Of a stretch of DNA of 64,000 nt, positions 29,437 through 39,435 are shown in pieces; position 1 is the first letter of the stretch, and every line of letters starts with the position of its first letter. The position numbers were made by a program, and so were the translations under genes. A model generated the notes under the pieces. That model saw nothing but the letters and a program-made list of their open reading frames with translations. It had not been told where the DNA came from and searched no databases. This DNA comes from a phage. The stretch lies in assembly GCA_033648345.1 (NCBI GenBank), contig GCA_033648345.1_4121.1. One strand, written 5' to 3'.

Positions 29437-31692
29437 TTATTCAATTATACTATCGTGACGTTTGAGTGCACGAATTACAATTGCAGCCTGAATTTGTTGT
29501 GTAAATGAACCACCTGCACCAAAATCATGAACAATTTTGTTTACACGATAAACAGTTTGGTTAAATGTAGTTGGGGTATTAATATCAAGAACACCAGTGT
29601 TATCATTTATAGAAACTACAGGTTGTAATTTCAATAAAAGATATGCTTCAGATGTAATGTAGTTTGCTACATGGTAATCTTCTGGATTAATTTCCATATC
29701 TTCTCCATTAATTACCTGTTCAAGATATTGGATATATGAATAATCACTCCAACCTAACCAATATGGGTCACCAACTACACGCATATCCAATTTACACAAG
29801 AATGGACGATTGTAATAGTTGTCACGAATTTTACGGCGGTCCATTTCATATGTACTACTGTTATCGTTCAATGATGCAGATAATGTTGTTTCATTATTGG
29901 TTGCTTCAGTTGGCATTGTGAATACTTCACCATATCGATGACCAATTCCATCGGTTCCACCGTCATTTTCTTCATATGTGGTTACATAATCTTCAATATA
30001 CTGTGGTAGAACGTTTACTTGATAGTTATTATAACGATCCTGTTCTTCAGCATTACCAACCTGCATTTGTTCTCTTGCTAAAGTTTCTACTCGATTTAAA
30101 AGTTGCTCTTGTGCCTGTGTTAATATACCACCAAGATCACGTGTGACGCGTAAATCACTTGTTTTTGCCCACGCATCTGGTATACTGTTGTACTGAACAC
30201 CTTGGATATTCAATTCTTGTGATGTGTGTGTACCAGCATGGTTCGCAACGTCCTGTATTGGACCAGGGTTACGAGTTGTAGCTACAAAGAATTGCTGATC
30301 AAACTTCAAATCAAGGTCTAGAATCTCACTATTGAGTCCACTAAACTGATAATTGTAAGTTTTCATGTTAATCTTTGGTTTTTGGTCATTTGGGTCTACA
30401 TATTTCTCGGCATTTTCAAAGAAATACTCAAATGTAAAGTTTTCTGGCTGTAAATCGGATTCATGAACAATATCACCAATTTTAAAACGAACTATATAGA
30501 AAACAACTTTATAAACTGACGTGTTTCGGTAATTATCAAATCCAACATACTGTTTAAGTGGGATTATATTAACAAATTGACGAACACTAGTACTATCATC
30601 AGCCTGTACAGTACAGGTATCTATTACGTCATCGATAATTCGAGAAATTGGAGTACTTGGATTCCATGAAAAGTTTTTAGAACCCTGTGCACCACTTTTT
30701 GTAGCTCCAGCTTCTGCCATCTGTTTAGAATCATAGTTTATAAACAAATCCTGTAAATCTGGTGCAACTTTAAATTCAAAGAACTTCCCTTCTGCTAACT
30801 CACCAAATTTATAACGCAAATAACCATATTGCTGGTCTGCCATTTGATTCAATTTATCTTCCAAATCAAAACAAAAATCACCAAAGTTTTCTGCTGTGCA
30901 GTTAAATGGTTCTTTAAGAGTCCATTCCACATTATCCACTAGAGCCGCACGGTTATGAACAAGACTCATAGAATACATCATAGTACTACCACTTTGTGAT
31001 GCACTAGCGGTAACACTGTTAATCTTCACGGACCATCTACGAGTTGTTTCTGGTATAGTTTCAGGTACACCATTAGTATTGAATCCAATAAATTTCAATT
31101 CTAATATCAAAGGTAAGTCCATGAACTTATGATACCTTAGTTTATTACTTAAAGAAATTAGTTCATCATATAAACTCATACTATTGTTTTCTGAAAGGTT
31201 CAGTACTGCTGTGTTGAAGCAATAGTTGGTTGTCATCCCTGGAGTTGAAGGACCAGCTTGCGTCATCTGAACACTTGTGATATTATACTTTCCAGTTACA
31301 CCACTTTCAGAGATGACATGACGTTGAACTTCAGCATCTGGGTAAAGCCAGAAGTTTTTGAAATCATCCTTGTCTAATGCGAAAAGGGAAAAGTGCCAAG
31401 TTGGATTGTCATACTTTAACAATTTATTGTCATAAGGAATAACAAACTCACTTAGATCCAAGTCTTCATACACTTGGTCAACGCTTGCACTTTGCTTTGG
31501 TAAAGACTGTACGTTACTAACCTTAGCTTTAAAATTGTTTTTTACTTTTTCAAGATCATTTTGCAAAGTATTAGCAGTGGCTTTTAAGCTTTCAATAGTA
31601 CTTGTTGCAGTTTCTTTTGCTGCCTTTGCAGAACTTGTGATGTTTGAAATATCATTTTTAAAATTATCAACAGAACTTTGTAAATCTGCCAT
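29437..31692 (-). CDS. Hypothetical protein (751 aa), probable baseplate/hub-associated structural protein
   Basis: N-terminal coiled-coil-like segment; GGAG RBS; immediately upstream of the spike gene. Confidence 0.5.
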   Translation of the reverse strand: MADLQSSVDNFKNDISNITSSAKAAKETATSTIESLKATANTLQNDLEKVKNNFKAKVSNVQSLPKQSASVDQVYEDLDLSEFVIPYDNKLLKYDNPTWHFSLFALDKDDFKNFWLYPDAEVQRHVISESGVTGKYNITSVQMTQAGPSTPGMTTNYCFNTAVLNLSENNSMSLYDELISLSNKLRYHKFMDLPLILELKFIGFNTNGVPETIPETTRRWSVKINSVTASASQSGSTMMYSMSLVHNRAALVDNVEWTLKEPFNCTAENFGDFCFDLEDKLNQMADQQYGYLRYKFGELAEGKFFEFKVAPDLQDLFINYDSKQMAEAGATKSGAQGSKNFSWNPSTPISRIIDDVIDTCTVQADDSTSVRQFVNIIPLKQYVGFDNYRNTSVYKVVFYIVRFKIGDIVHESDLQPENFTFEYFFENAEKYVDPNDQKPKINMKTYNYQFSGLNSEILDLDLKFDQQFFVATTRNPGPIQDVANHAGTHTSQELNIQGVQYNSIPDAWAKTSDLRVTRDLGGILTQAQEQLLNRVETLAREQMQVGNAEEQDRYNNYQVNVLPQYIEDYVTTYEENDGGTDGIGHRYGEVFTMPTEATNNETTLSASLNDNSSTYEMDRRKIRDNYYNRPFLCKLDMRVVGDPYWLGWSDYSYIQYLEQVINGEDMEINPEDYHVANYITSEAYLLLKLQPVVSINDNTGVLDINTPTTFNQTVYRVNKIVHDFGAGGSFTQQIQAAIVIRALKRHDSIIE

Positions 31693-31703
31693 ACTTTACT
31701 CCA

Positions 31704-32018
31704 TTAACCTATGTTACGAGTACCGTTCAAATAGTTTTGTACTCGTTGATTTGAGGGAACACGAATTGTGATACCACTATTAAAATTGTATATTGGGTCT
31801 TCTCCTAATATATCAGGATTCAATAGGGCAAATACATAATACAGACGTTCATTACCATACATTTCGTATGCTAAACGCCAAGGTTGATGCTCATACTTCA
31901 ATGGAATTACATAGAAGTCGTCAGTATCAGCAGGAACCATATCACGTGGTAAATTGTAACCAAGATACCACGTTTGTTTAACCTTTGCATAAGGAGAGTA
32001 TTGACTATAATTGGACAT
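31704..32018 (-). CDS. Hypothetical protein
   Basis: 104-aa ORF; GGAGGA RBS; start overlaps upstream stop. Confidence 0.45.
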   Translation of the reverse strand: MSNYSQYSPYAKVKQTWYLGYNLPRDMVPADTDDFYVIPLKYEHQPWRLAYEMYGNERLYYVFALLNPDILGEDPIYNFNSGITIRVPSNQRVQNYLNGTRNIG

Positions 32019-32749
32019 TAGATAAATCCTCCATTACGTAATAGTTCACCACGCTTAAATGCATTTAGGTTGAACTTTTTAGTCATGTAATCAGATGTTG
32101 GTTGTTCTTCAAGTTGAAGCATTACAGATATTTTCTGTGGAACCCATACCTCATCTTGTGGATTCATATATCCAGTACTTCTAAGCTGTTCGAAGAATTT
32201 ACGACTATCCATATCAGATAAATTAAAAGTACTATCACTACTATTCAATGGAACCTGAATGTAAGAAACATCATTTGGATATGTAAAATTATATGCTTTC
32301 AAAATAACAGGAATATCATTATATGTATAACGACCATACCCACTTAATAGTAAAATTGGCGGTGGTGCACCTGCAATTGCTAGTTCGGGATTATTAGCAG
32401 ATGCTGCTTGACGACCAAAGTCCATTAAGGACACGGAACGAATAAAATGAACACAAGCCAATGCATACATTGCTTCAGCAGCAGTGTTCGCATAAAACTC
32501 ACCTTGAATAGTGAAAACAGTGTTTGTTGTATTCTTGTAGTTGTTGTAGATACTGTTAGTATGTATAGGGGACTGTGTTTCATATTGAACCGACCTTTGT
32601 TCAGTTACAGTTGGGGTTACAGTCCAAACCAAACCATTTGTTGGACGCAGAAACGATAGCAATGTTGGCTCTGAACTGTTGCCAAAATCACCATACACAT
32701 AGTTAGCACCTGCGGTTTTAGGTCTTAATCGGATTCTACGATCAATCAT
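32018..32749 (-). CDS. Hypothetical protein
   Basis: Track ORF starts at TTG 32839; ATG at 32749 has GGAGAA RBS, leaving a divergent promoter region at 32750-32880. Confidence 0.5.
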   Translation of the reverse strand: MIDRRIRLRPKTAGANYVYGDFGNSSEPTLLSFLRPTNGLVWTVTPTVTEQRSVQYETQSPIHTNSIYNNYKNTTNTVFTIQGEFYANTAAEAMYALACVHFIRSVSLMDFGRQAASANNPELAIAGAPPPILLLSGYGRYTYNDIPVILKAYNFTYPNDVSYIQVPLNSSDSTFNLSDMDSRKFFEQLRSTGYMNPQDEVWVPQKISVMLQLEEQPTSDYMTKKFNLNAFKRGELLRNGGFI

Positions 32750-32794
32750 CTTTTTGATTCTCCATAAGAAGGGAACATTTGATGTATTTATACG

Positions 32795-32823
32795 TGGGAC
32801 AAAGACGTTTTTGGTGCTATAAT
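32795..32823 (+). promoter_or_regulatory. Early/middle-type promoter upstream of the gp55-like gene
   Basis: TGGGAC, 17-nt spacer ending TGC, TATAAT (32818-32823); member of a recurring family. Confidence 0.45.
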
Positions 32824-32880
32824 AACATTGATGGTACAAGGAATGTACCTATTGGATTTAAAACATGGAGAGTTGAAATA

Positions 32881-33720
32881 ATGACAAATAGGCCGAAGCG
32901 TAAAAAGTATCTTAACAATGCTGATTTACTTCGTGAGATACAAAAAAGTAAAATCTCATATTGCTGGTTACTTGATAAGTGCTACAGTATGTACGATTAT
33001 ATCGTTTTTGATGAATCCGAAATCACAGCAGAACTTTTAGATAAAGCTAAAGCAGCACGTATTAAACGTCTCAACAATGAAATGCTTGATGCAATTCGTG
33101 AAAAAGAAGGTATGAGTGCGAAGAAAGCGAAGGAATACGCAGATGAGCACAATTTAGTACTGACTGATGTACCTATCGATGAGGTGGTTATTCGTGTAAT
33201 TACCGATGAACATATCCCAGCAGATACAAGAGTTAATTTTGAACCATTCAAACATTACATTGTAGATGAAGAAGGTATTCTGTACGAAGTCGTTCGTTCT
33301 CACTGGAAAGGTGATCTTGAAGACGGAGAATTCAGTACTGTTCATGGTAAAATCACTAATGAACTAGGTAAAATGTTCATTAAACTGGCAGAGGAAATCT
33401 CACACAAATCCAACTATAGAAACTATACATATTTGGATGAAATGATGGGTGATGCCAGAATACAATTAGTTAAAAACGCACTTCTCTTTAAAGAGAGTAT
33501 TCTTTACAAAAAAGATAAACCAGCAGTACAGTTGAATCCTTTCTCTTACTATACTTCGTTCGTTAACAATAGTTTCCGTTCTATTCTTAATAGTGAGAAA
33601 AATGTTCGTAACATCCGAGACGATTTACTTGAGATGCATGGTTTTACACCATCACACACTCGTCAAATCGAAATTGAAATGAACATGATTGAAAGGAAAA
33701 ACGAAGATGGCTCTATTTGA
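32881..33720 (+). CDS. Late-transcription sigma factor, T4 gp55-like
   Basis: KYLNNADLLREI, YTYLDEMMGDARIQLVKNALLFKE and NPFSYYTSFVNNSFRSILNSEKNV match T4 gp55 blocks from memory; about 100 aa longer than T4 gp55; GGAGAG RBS. Confidence 0.7.
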   Translation: MTNRPKRKKYLNNADLLREIQKSKISYCWLLDKCYSMYDYIVFDESEITAELLDKAKAARIKRLNNEMLDAIREKEGMSAKKAKEYADEHNLVLTDVPIDEVVIRVITDEHIPADTRVNFEPFKHYIVDEEGILYEVVRSHWKGDLEDGEFSTVHGKITNELGKMFIKLAEEISHKSNYRNYTYLDEMMGDARIQLVKNALLFKESILYKKDKPAVQLNPFSYYTSFVNNSFRSILNSEKNVRNIRDDLLEMHGFTPSHTRQIEIEMNMIERKNEDGSI

Positions 33721-34738
33721 TAAAGCAATTACATTTACTGATATTCATTTAGGATTAAAGAATAACAGCAAGCAGCACAACGAAGATTGTTTGAACTTCA
33801 TCAAGTTTATGATTGAACTTGCTAAGAAAAATGGTATTACTGTATGCGTGTTTATGGGAGATTACTTCCATAACCGCAGTAATATTAACATTCAAACATT
33901 AAACTATGGTTTACAAATTCTACAATTACTAAATGACAACTTTGATAAGGTTTACTTCTTAGTTGGGAACCATGACATGTATCATAAAAATAAACGTGAC
34001 ATTACTAGTATTAATATGGCACAAGTTTATGAGAACATCGAGTTCATTAATGAAATCACAACATTTGATGATTGTACTTTCATTCCATTTATGATTGAAG
34101 ATGAATACAAAGTTCTACCTCAACTTAAAAGCAAGTATGTTTTTGGTCACTTAGAGTTACCTGGCTACTTGCTTAATAAAATGGTTGAGATGCCAGATCA
34201 TGGTAAAGAGACTGAAGGTTCTTTTGGTGGTTGTGAGTATGTTTTTAGTGGACATTTCCATAAGAGACAAGCAAAAACAACATCAAAAGGAACTCGTGTA
34301 ATTTACACAGGTAACTGTTTCCCACATAACTTTTCTGATACTTGGGATGATGCAAGAGGTGTGATGATTTTAGAACATGGCAAAGAACCAACTTTCCATT
34401 CTTGGTCAGAAGCACCAAAATATAGAACATTTACACTTTCAGAACTATTAACAGATCCAAGTTATTATCTTCAAGACAATACTATTTCAAAGGTTCAAGT
34501 TGATATTGCTATCACTACTGATGAGATTAGTTTTATTCGTGATACTTTTACTAAACTTTATAACATTCGTGAGTTTAACGTTGTTACTAGCAAGCAAAGT
34601 ATCAAAGAACTTATTGAAGATGGTGAAAGCTTTGAAAGTACTGAGTCAGTTGATGAGATTGTGTTACAACAAATCATGGAAATTGATTCACCTATGTTCG
34701 ATAAAAATCTTCTAATCCAAATTTACAGATCACTATAA
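33707..34738 (+). CDS. Recombination nuclease subunit, Mre11/SbcD-like (T4 gp47-like)
   Basis: Calcineurin-type phosphoesterase motifs (GDYFH, VGNHD, GHLE, SGHFH); track start TTG 33689 replaced by ATG 33707 with AGGAAA RBS. Confidence 0.8.
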   Translation: MALFDKAITFTDIHLGLKNNSKQHNEDCLNFIKFMIELAKKNGITVCVFMGDYFHNRSNINIQTLNYGLQILQLLNDNFDKVYFLVGNHDMYHKNKRDITSINMAQVYENIEFINEITTFDDCTFIPFMIEDEYKVLPQLKSKYVFGHLELPGYLLNKMVEMPDHGKETEGSFGGCEYVFSGHFHKRQAKTTSKGTRVIYTGNCFPHNFSDTWDDARGVMILEHGKEPTFHSWSEAPKYRTFTLSELLTDPSYYLQDNTISKVQVDIAITTDEISFIRDTFTKLYNIREFNVVTSKQSIKELIEDGESFESTESVDEIVLQQIMEIDSPMFDKNLLIQIYRSL

Positions 34739-34750
34739 GGGAAATTTATT

Positions 34751-36898
34751 GTGCTAAACATTACACGTATATCAATGAGGAACTTCTTTTCATTTGGCAA
34801 TGCACCACAAGTAATTGATTTGTCTGGTGCTGATATATCGTTAGTTCTTGGTCAAAACAATGATGCAGTTATTGAAGGTGGTGATAGTTCCGGTCGCCGT
34901 AATGGTGTTGGTAAAAGTGCCATCATTCAAGGTTTAGTTTTTGGTTTGTTTGGAAAAAGTATTGGTAACGATATCAAAATTCCAAACTTAGTTAATAAAA
35001 CTAATGCTAAAAACTGTGAAGTATCTGTTGAGTTCGAGAAAGATGGTGTACAATATCTCGTCGAGCGTGGGAGAAGTCCCACGTATTTCAACTTTATTAC
35101 ATTAGGTAAAGATAATAAGGTCGAAGATGAGTCAAGAGGGGAGAAGAAAGATACACAAGAAGATCTAAACGAGATTCTTGGGATTTCTCAACTACTATTT
35201 GAACATATTGTAGTACTTAATGCTAACGTAGAGCCGTTTCTTGCATTATCATCACAGAAACAACGTGATATGATTGAGGAACTTCTGGGTATCACACAAT
35301 TAACAGAGAAAGCTGAACTATTAAAGGATATGTATAAAGATTCTAAACGTTTAGCTGAACAAGAAAAGTTCAAAATTGAAACTGTGGCTGCAAGTAATGA
35401 ACGTATTCAAAAAAGTATTGAATCATTACAAGAACAAGCTAACCAATTTGAGATTGATAAAAATAATAGAGTATCTAAGTTGACTGAAGAATTGAATATC
35501 TACAAAACTTTAGACTTCAACGATCTCTATGATTTGGCAGAAGTGAAAGAGAAAGCTCTTATTCATAATGCTGCTCGTGATCAAATAGAAAGACGTGTAC
35601 AAGAGTTAGCTTTGAAGTATGATGCATATGACCGTGAACTGGCAACAGCAAAATTAGCATTAAATGTAAGTATTGATAAGCTAAAAACTATTGATATCAG
35701 TACTGAATTAGAAAATCACAATGAGTTGGAGATATGGAAACAGTTGGAGGGTATTCTAAAAGAGAATAATAACCAAAAACGTTTCAAAGAACAAAAACTT
35801 AACGCATTAAAGGTGGCTTTAAATGGTCATGAGAGTTCGTTACGTGCTGAGGTGGACAAATTAGCAACAGTGGAGAGTAGTAAATGTCCACTTTGTATGT
35901 CCGAATTAGAACATAATGAACATACTTCGTCTATTAAAGATAAAATTCAAAATACTATTAATGAACTTCAATCGAAAATTGATAGTTCCACTTCTGAAAT
36001 TGAAACATTACTTCAGGAAATTGATAGTATTGAGATTTTTGATATGCCACCTAAGCCTGTGACATTCTATTCTACACTAACTGAAGCACAAATGCATGAG
36101 CATAAGCTTCAAGAACTTATTAAAAAGAGTGAAGAAGAGCAAATTAACATCTATGCTAATGAACTTATGTCATCATATGAAGAACTGAACGCACATGTTC
36201 TTCAAGAAGTACCAGATACATTGAATAAATCTGAAGTAAAAGAGTTAGAAATGACAGTAACTTCATTATCACAGCAATTAGATCGTGAATTGAAAACTAC
36301 TAACACATTTATTGGACAAATTAATACACTTACGACCGATTCATTAGTACCAATCGACTATAGTGACTATAATAACCTTGATAAGATGGCAAATCACCAA
36401 GATTTCTTGGTTAAATTGTTGTTAAACAAGGATTCTTATGTCCGTAAGCGTATTATTGAACAAAACATTTCGTATCTGAATACACGTCTTCAATATTACA
36501 TTGATATGTGTGGTTCTGAACATAATGTTGTGTTCTTGAATGATTTGAGTGTAGAAATTGAGAAAAGTGGTCAGTACTTTGACTATAAACAGCTTAGTCG
36601 TGGTGAGCGTACAAGGGTAAACATTGCTTTATCTTGTGCTTTCCGTGATACATATGAGTCATTGTATCAAAGTATCAATATTCTTATCATTGATGAGATG
36701 ATTGACCAAGGTCTTGATTCAAGTGGTGTTCTTCGCGTGTGGTCTATCTTCCAAGATATGGCTGCTGTGCGTGGTAAGAATGTATATGCCATTTCTCACA
36801 GAGAAGAATTGCTTTCTAAGACTGAGAAAATCCTAAAAGTAGTTAAAGAGGATGGTTTCAGTACTGTTGAGTATACAACTCTTGATGATGTATTCTAA
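34751..36898 (+). CDS. Recombination nuclease ATPase subunit, Rad50/SbcC-like (T4 gp46-like)
   Basis: Walker A GRRNGVGKSA, long coiled-coil region, CPLC zinc-hook, Walker B ILIIDEMIDQGLD; GTG start with AAGGGAAA RBS. Confidence 0.8.
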   Translation: MLNITRISMRNFFSFGNAPQVIDLSGADISLVLGQNNDAVIEGGDSSGRRNGVGKSAIIQGLVFGLFGKSIGNDIKIPNLVNKTNAKNCEVSVEFEKDGVQYLVERGRSPTYFNFITLGKDNKVEDESRGEKKDTQEDLNEILGISQLLFEHIVVLNANVEPFLALSSQKQRDMIEELLGITQLTEKAELLKDMYKDSKRLAEQEKFKIETVAASNERIQKSIESLQEQANQFEIDKNNRVSKLTEELNIYKTLDFNDLYDLAEVKEKALIHNAARDQIERRVQELALKYDAYDRELATAKLALNVSIDKLKTIDISTELENHNELEIWKQLEGILKENNNQKRFKEQKLNALKVALNGHESSLRAEVDKLATVESSKCPLCMSELEHNEHTSSIKDKIQNTINELQSKIDSSTSEIETLLQEIDSIEIFDMPPKPVTFYSTLTEAQMHEHKLQELIKKSEEEQINIYANELMSSYEELNAHVLQEVPDTLNKSEVKELEMTVTSLSQQLDRELKTTNTFIGQINTLTTDSLVPIDYSDYNNLDKMANHQDFLVKLLLNKDSYVRKRIIEQNISYLNTRLQYYIDMCGSEHNVVFLNDLSVEIEKSGQYFDYKQLSRGERTRVNIALSCAFRDTYESLYQSINILIIDEMIDQGLDSSGVLRVWSIFQDMAAVRGKNVYAISHREELLSKTEKILKVVKEDGFSTVEYTTLDDVF

Positions 36899-36900
36899 TT

Positions 36901-36932
36901 AAAAGGAAAGGGAGCCTTAGCTCCCTTTTTTT
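36901..36932. terminator. Bidirectional intrinsic terminator
   Basis: Hairpin GGGAGC-CTTA-GCTCCC (36910-36925) with T7 run; the stop codon of the minus-strand gene lies in the loop. Confidence 0.65.
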
Positions 36933-37408
36933 ATATCTACCATATTTAATTTACCTTCCTTGATAAGCTTTCTGGCTTGCTTAACACGAGCAGCATTGTT
37001 TGCACCAGGGATAACACCTAACTCTTCCAGTATTGCATTCTGTTGTCCTGCTGGAAGCCTTTTAAACTTATTCGTATCGATTGTTAGTGCAGTGTGATGT
37101 ATAACTTGCTCATCTTCAGGAATGCTGTTATTACGCTCCAGATAATCCGCAAGATTTCGTAGTACCTCGTATAAGGGTTTATCGGTTAAGTGCTTCATAT
37201 AGCGATTAAAGCTGTTCTGTACTTTACCTTCCCATGCGTTCACTTCGTTCTGGAGAACTTCACGACAGTGTTGATTCTCGAAGTGATAGTGATCAAGTAC
37301 TGGCTTAGTTATTGGTTCCTTAATTATAGGATCAATTCCTTTTTGCTTCTTTAGTAATTCATTTCGATAGTTTGCAGCTTCTTTACTATCTTTTAATCTT
37401 TTCTTCAT
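36917..37408 (-). CDS. Endonuclease VII-like (HNH-type) protein, T4 gp49-like
   Basis: LDHYHFEN...NEVNAWEGK resembles the Endo VII LDHDHE...N..EG core; the zinc-binding cysteine pairs seem absent; GGGGA RBS. Confidence 0.45.
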   Translation of the reverse strand: MKKRLKDSKEAANYRNELLKKQKGIDPIIKEPITKPVLDHYHFENQHCREVLQNEVNAWEGKVQNSFNRYMKHLTDKPLYEVLRNLADYLERNNSIPEDEQVIHHTALTIDTNKFKRLPAGQQNAILEELGVIPGANNAARVKQARKLIKEGKLNMVDIKKGS

Positions 37409-37501
37409 AAATCCCCACTAAACTAATTCTTATCAAAATATTTATGCGTTACTTCAATGTTCAAGAATTATGTACTTTTTATAAATTTTTTATCATAATA
37501 G

Positions 37502-37530
37502 TGAGACACTTTTGAATTTGGTGCTATAAT
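37502..37530 (+). promoter_or_regulatory. Promoter of the early family, in an ORF-free region
   Basis: TGAGAC, 17-nt spacer ending TGC, TATAAT (37525-37530). Confidence 0.4.
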
Positions 37531-37992
37531 GTTAATTGTAGTGATGACAATCCTGTTGAATGCAGAAATGCATATAAATTAGAACCTGATCCTATCGAAA
37601 ATGTAGATGGCAGATGAGCAGTTCAACAGTGCGATGAGCAGAAGAAACCCGTTAGATGTGGGCATAGTTTGAACCCCTCACGGCGACACGGCTCAATAAA
37701 GAACTCCGATAAGCATACAGAGAGTTCCTCGATAGATGTATAAGGATCGCACCTTACCAGATTTGCTAAGGGAGTTTATTAAGTGATTTAATAAACAGCC
37801 TGAAGTTTGATTGTATAGACTTTCAGGTGAGTGTCAGGATGATTAAGACTGACGACCGTTGCACATGACTGCGATAGAGAGAAACAGAGCAACCCGCTTT
37901 CGTTCTTAATGAATTTTAAGAAATTCGCAATACAATAAATGCTGAAACCATCAGCGTCAAGAATTAAGAGACTTAATTGTCTCTTTTTTATT
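37531..37992 (+). ncRNA. Candidate ~460-nt non-coding transcript, function unknown
   Basis: Bounded by a promoter and a plus-strand intrinsic terminator; only very short ORFs without RBS; direct repeat GATGAGCAG at 37613 and 37633. Confidence 0.3.
37967..37992 (+). terminator. Intrinsic terminator (plus strand)
   Basis: Hairpin AGAGAC-TTAATT-GTCTCT followed by T5. Confidence 0.45.
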
Positions 37993-38199
37993 GTCTTCAT
38001 TCCCCTGCGGGGGGATGAAAATGTCTTCAACAAATCCCGTCAAGTATTAAATCTTTTAAAGTTCTTTATAATTAATTATAAGAAATGAATATGAGTTACG
38101 TAGTAACGAATATTCTTCAGCTAACGAATGAAATGAGTTAGATGAGTTCACTATAAAATAATTAATTCCTTTCATAATTCAATTCAATCAATTCTGTAG

Positions 38200-38233
38200 T
38201 TTAAAACCAAAAAAACCAGCAACAATGTGCTGG
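38200..38233 (-). terminator. Intrinsic terminator (minus strand)
   Basis: Minus-strand hairpin CCAGC-N8-GCUGG followed by U7. Confidence 0.5.
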
Positions 38234-38244
38234 CTCCTTGTGAG

Positions 38245-38454
38245 TTAGTGCTTCTCGTTTTGTTTTTTAATTTTCTTATTAAAAGACTTAACTAATAAGT
38301 CTCTATCAATTAGTGGCATATTAAGTAGTGTTCCGTAATCAACACTTTCCATATAAACAGAACACTCCATTAATGCAGTTTTAATATCTGACTTATTCAA
38401 CTCAAATTCCTTAAGTACTTCTTGTATTTCTTCAGGAGATGAGTGGAGAAGCAT
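38245..38454 (-). CDS. Hypothetical small protein (69 aa)
   Basis: ORF with TAATG stop/start overlap to the upstream gene. Confidence 0.4.
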   Translation of the reverse strand: MLLHSSPEEIQEVLKEFELNKSDIKTALMECSVYMESVDYGTLLNMPLIDRDLLVKSFNKKIKKQNEKH

Positions 38455-39290
38455 TATGCGAAAAAATGACTTGGGTCATATTTCAGTCCATTAATTTCCC
38501 ATTGATGATTACAGTCACTGCATTCAACTTCCATAGTATGGGAAACACCAATTTCAAGTACTTCATCCATTTTTTCACGAATTATTTTAAGTGTTCCTTT
38601 GGACTGCTGACCTAGCCATTCAGAAATGAATTCATTTTCAGTTACTTCATCACCTTCAGGTGTAATTACCTTAGCAATAACTCCTGCGATCATATCAAAG
38701 TTGAGTTGTGCCATACTTTCAAATACTTCACCAAACACTTTAACTTTTTCTTCCTGCTCCATTTCGGCAGTTTCAAGGAATTTAGTTTTTTGTTGTTCTG
38801 TAAACATTCTTTCTGCGAAGTTAGAATATTCCTTCCAAGTAAGTGGTCTAAACTCTAAACTTAGTCCATTATCCAATTGTACAGTAGGAACTTCACTGAA
38901 AGTTTGTGCTGTTTCTAGTAGATATGATAAGCTACGCTCAAAACGACCTTCTTTGTTACATTCAGGGCATGTCACATTAATATCATATGATTCTTCTTTA
39001 GAAGCTACTTTAATAGCGATAAGTAGTTGCTCTACGTCATTTACATAAAGTTCATCTGCATCAAGTACGTTAGGTACGCAGTTTTCAATAACACGAGCAA
39101 TTGCATCACCATTTAGAAGCATATCTGGTGTATTGAGTGTCATTTCATCACGTGCACTACGAGCACAAATGCCACATTTGATACCTTTAGAGCCAAGAAC
39201 TCCTTCTTTATAAGGAATCACGCCATTTGTGACCAATTTTGTACCAAGTTCTTCAATTTTAGTATACTTAGCTAGTGGGTTCATTGCCAT
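38454..39290 (-). CDS. Hypothetical protein with three CxxC pairs (putative zinc-ribbon protein)
   Basis: CGIC, CPEC and CSDC pairs; ATG at 39290 with GGAG RBS preferred over the track start 39359. Confidence 0.5.
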   Translation of the reverse strand: MAMNPLAKYTKIEELGTKLVTNGVIPYKEGVLGSKGIKCGICARSARDEMTLNTPDMLLNGDAIARVIENCVPNVLDADELYVNDVEQLLIAIKVASKEESYDINVTCPECNKEGRFERSLSYLLETAQTFSEVPTVQLDNGLSLEFRPLTWKEYSNFAERMFTEQQKTKFLETAEMEQEEKVKVFGEVFESMAQLNFDMIAGVIAKVITPEGDEVTENEFISEWLGQQSKGTLKIIREKMDEVLEIGVSHTMEVECSDCNHQWEINGLKYDPSHFFA

Positions 39291-39435
39291 TTTATTAAAT
39301 CTCCATGTAATAAATGTCTTTGTAGTATTTATTACCAAAAAATGGGACAAATTGGACAAATGTTATAGATGGGTCTTTTTTATTCGTTATAGATTCATAA
39401 ATATTTCTATAATACATCTATTAAAAGGGAATGTT

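Noticed and set aside
32750-32839. N-terminal extensions in the ORF track using TTG/GTG or unsupported ATG starts (32839, 33689, 39229, 39359, 9861, 4128, 9788, 43773, 49349, 51488, 55013, 58992, 48965)
   Set aside because: In each case a downstream ATG with a clear Shine-Dalgarno at 5-10 nt gives a start consistent with homologs or avoids overlap with divergent promoters; the extensions would cover promoter or RBS sequence
37788-38033. 81-aa minus-strand ORF inside the non-coding region
   Set aside because: No ribosome-binding site, low-complexity translation, and it overlaps the plus-strand terminator and hairpins; likely spurious
37409-38244. tRNA genes or a group I intron in the ORF-free region
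   Set aside because: No cloverleaf with a T-loop (GTTCRANYC) and matching acceptor stem was found, and the region is not inside a coding gene with recognisable intron core elements; kept only as a generic ncRNA candidate
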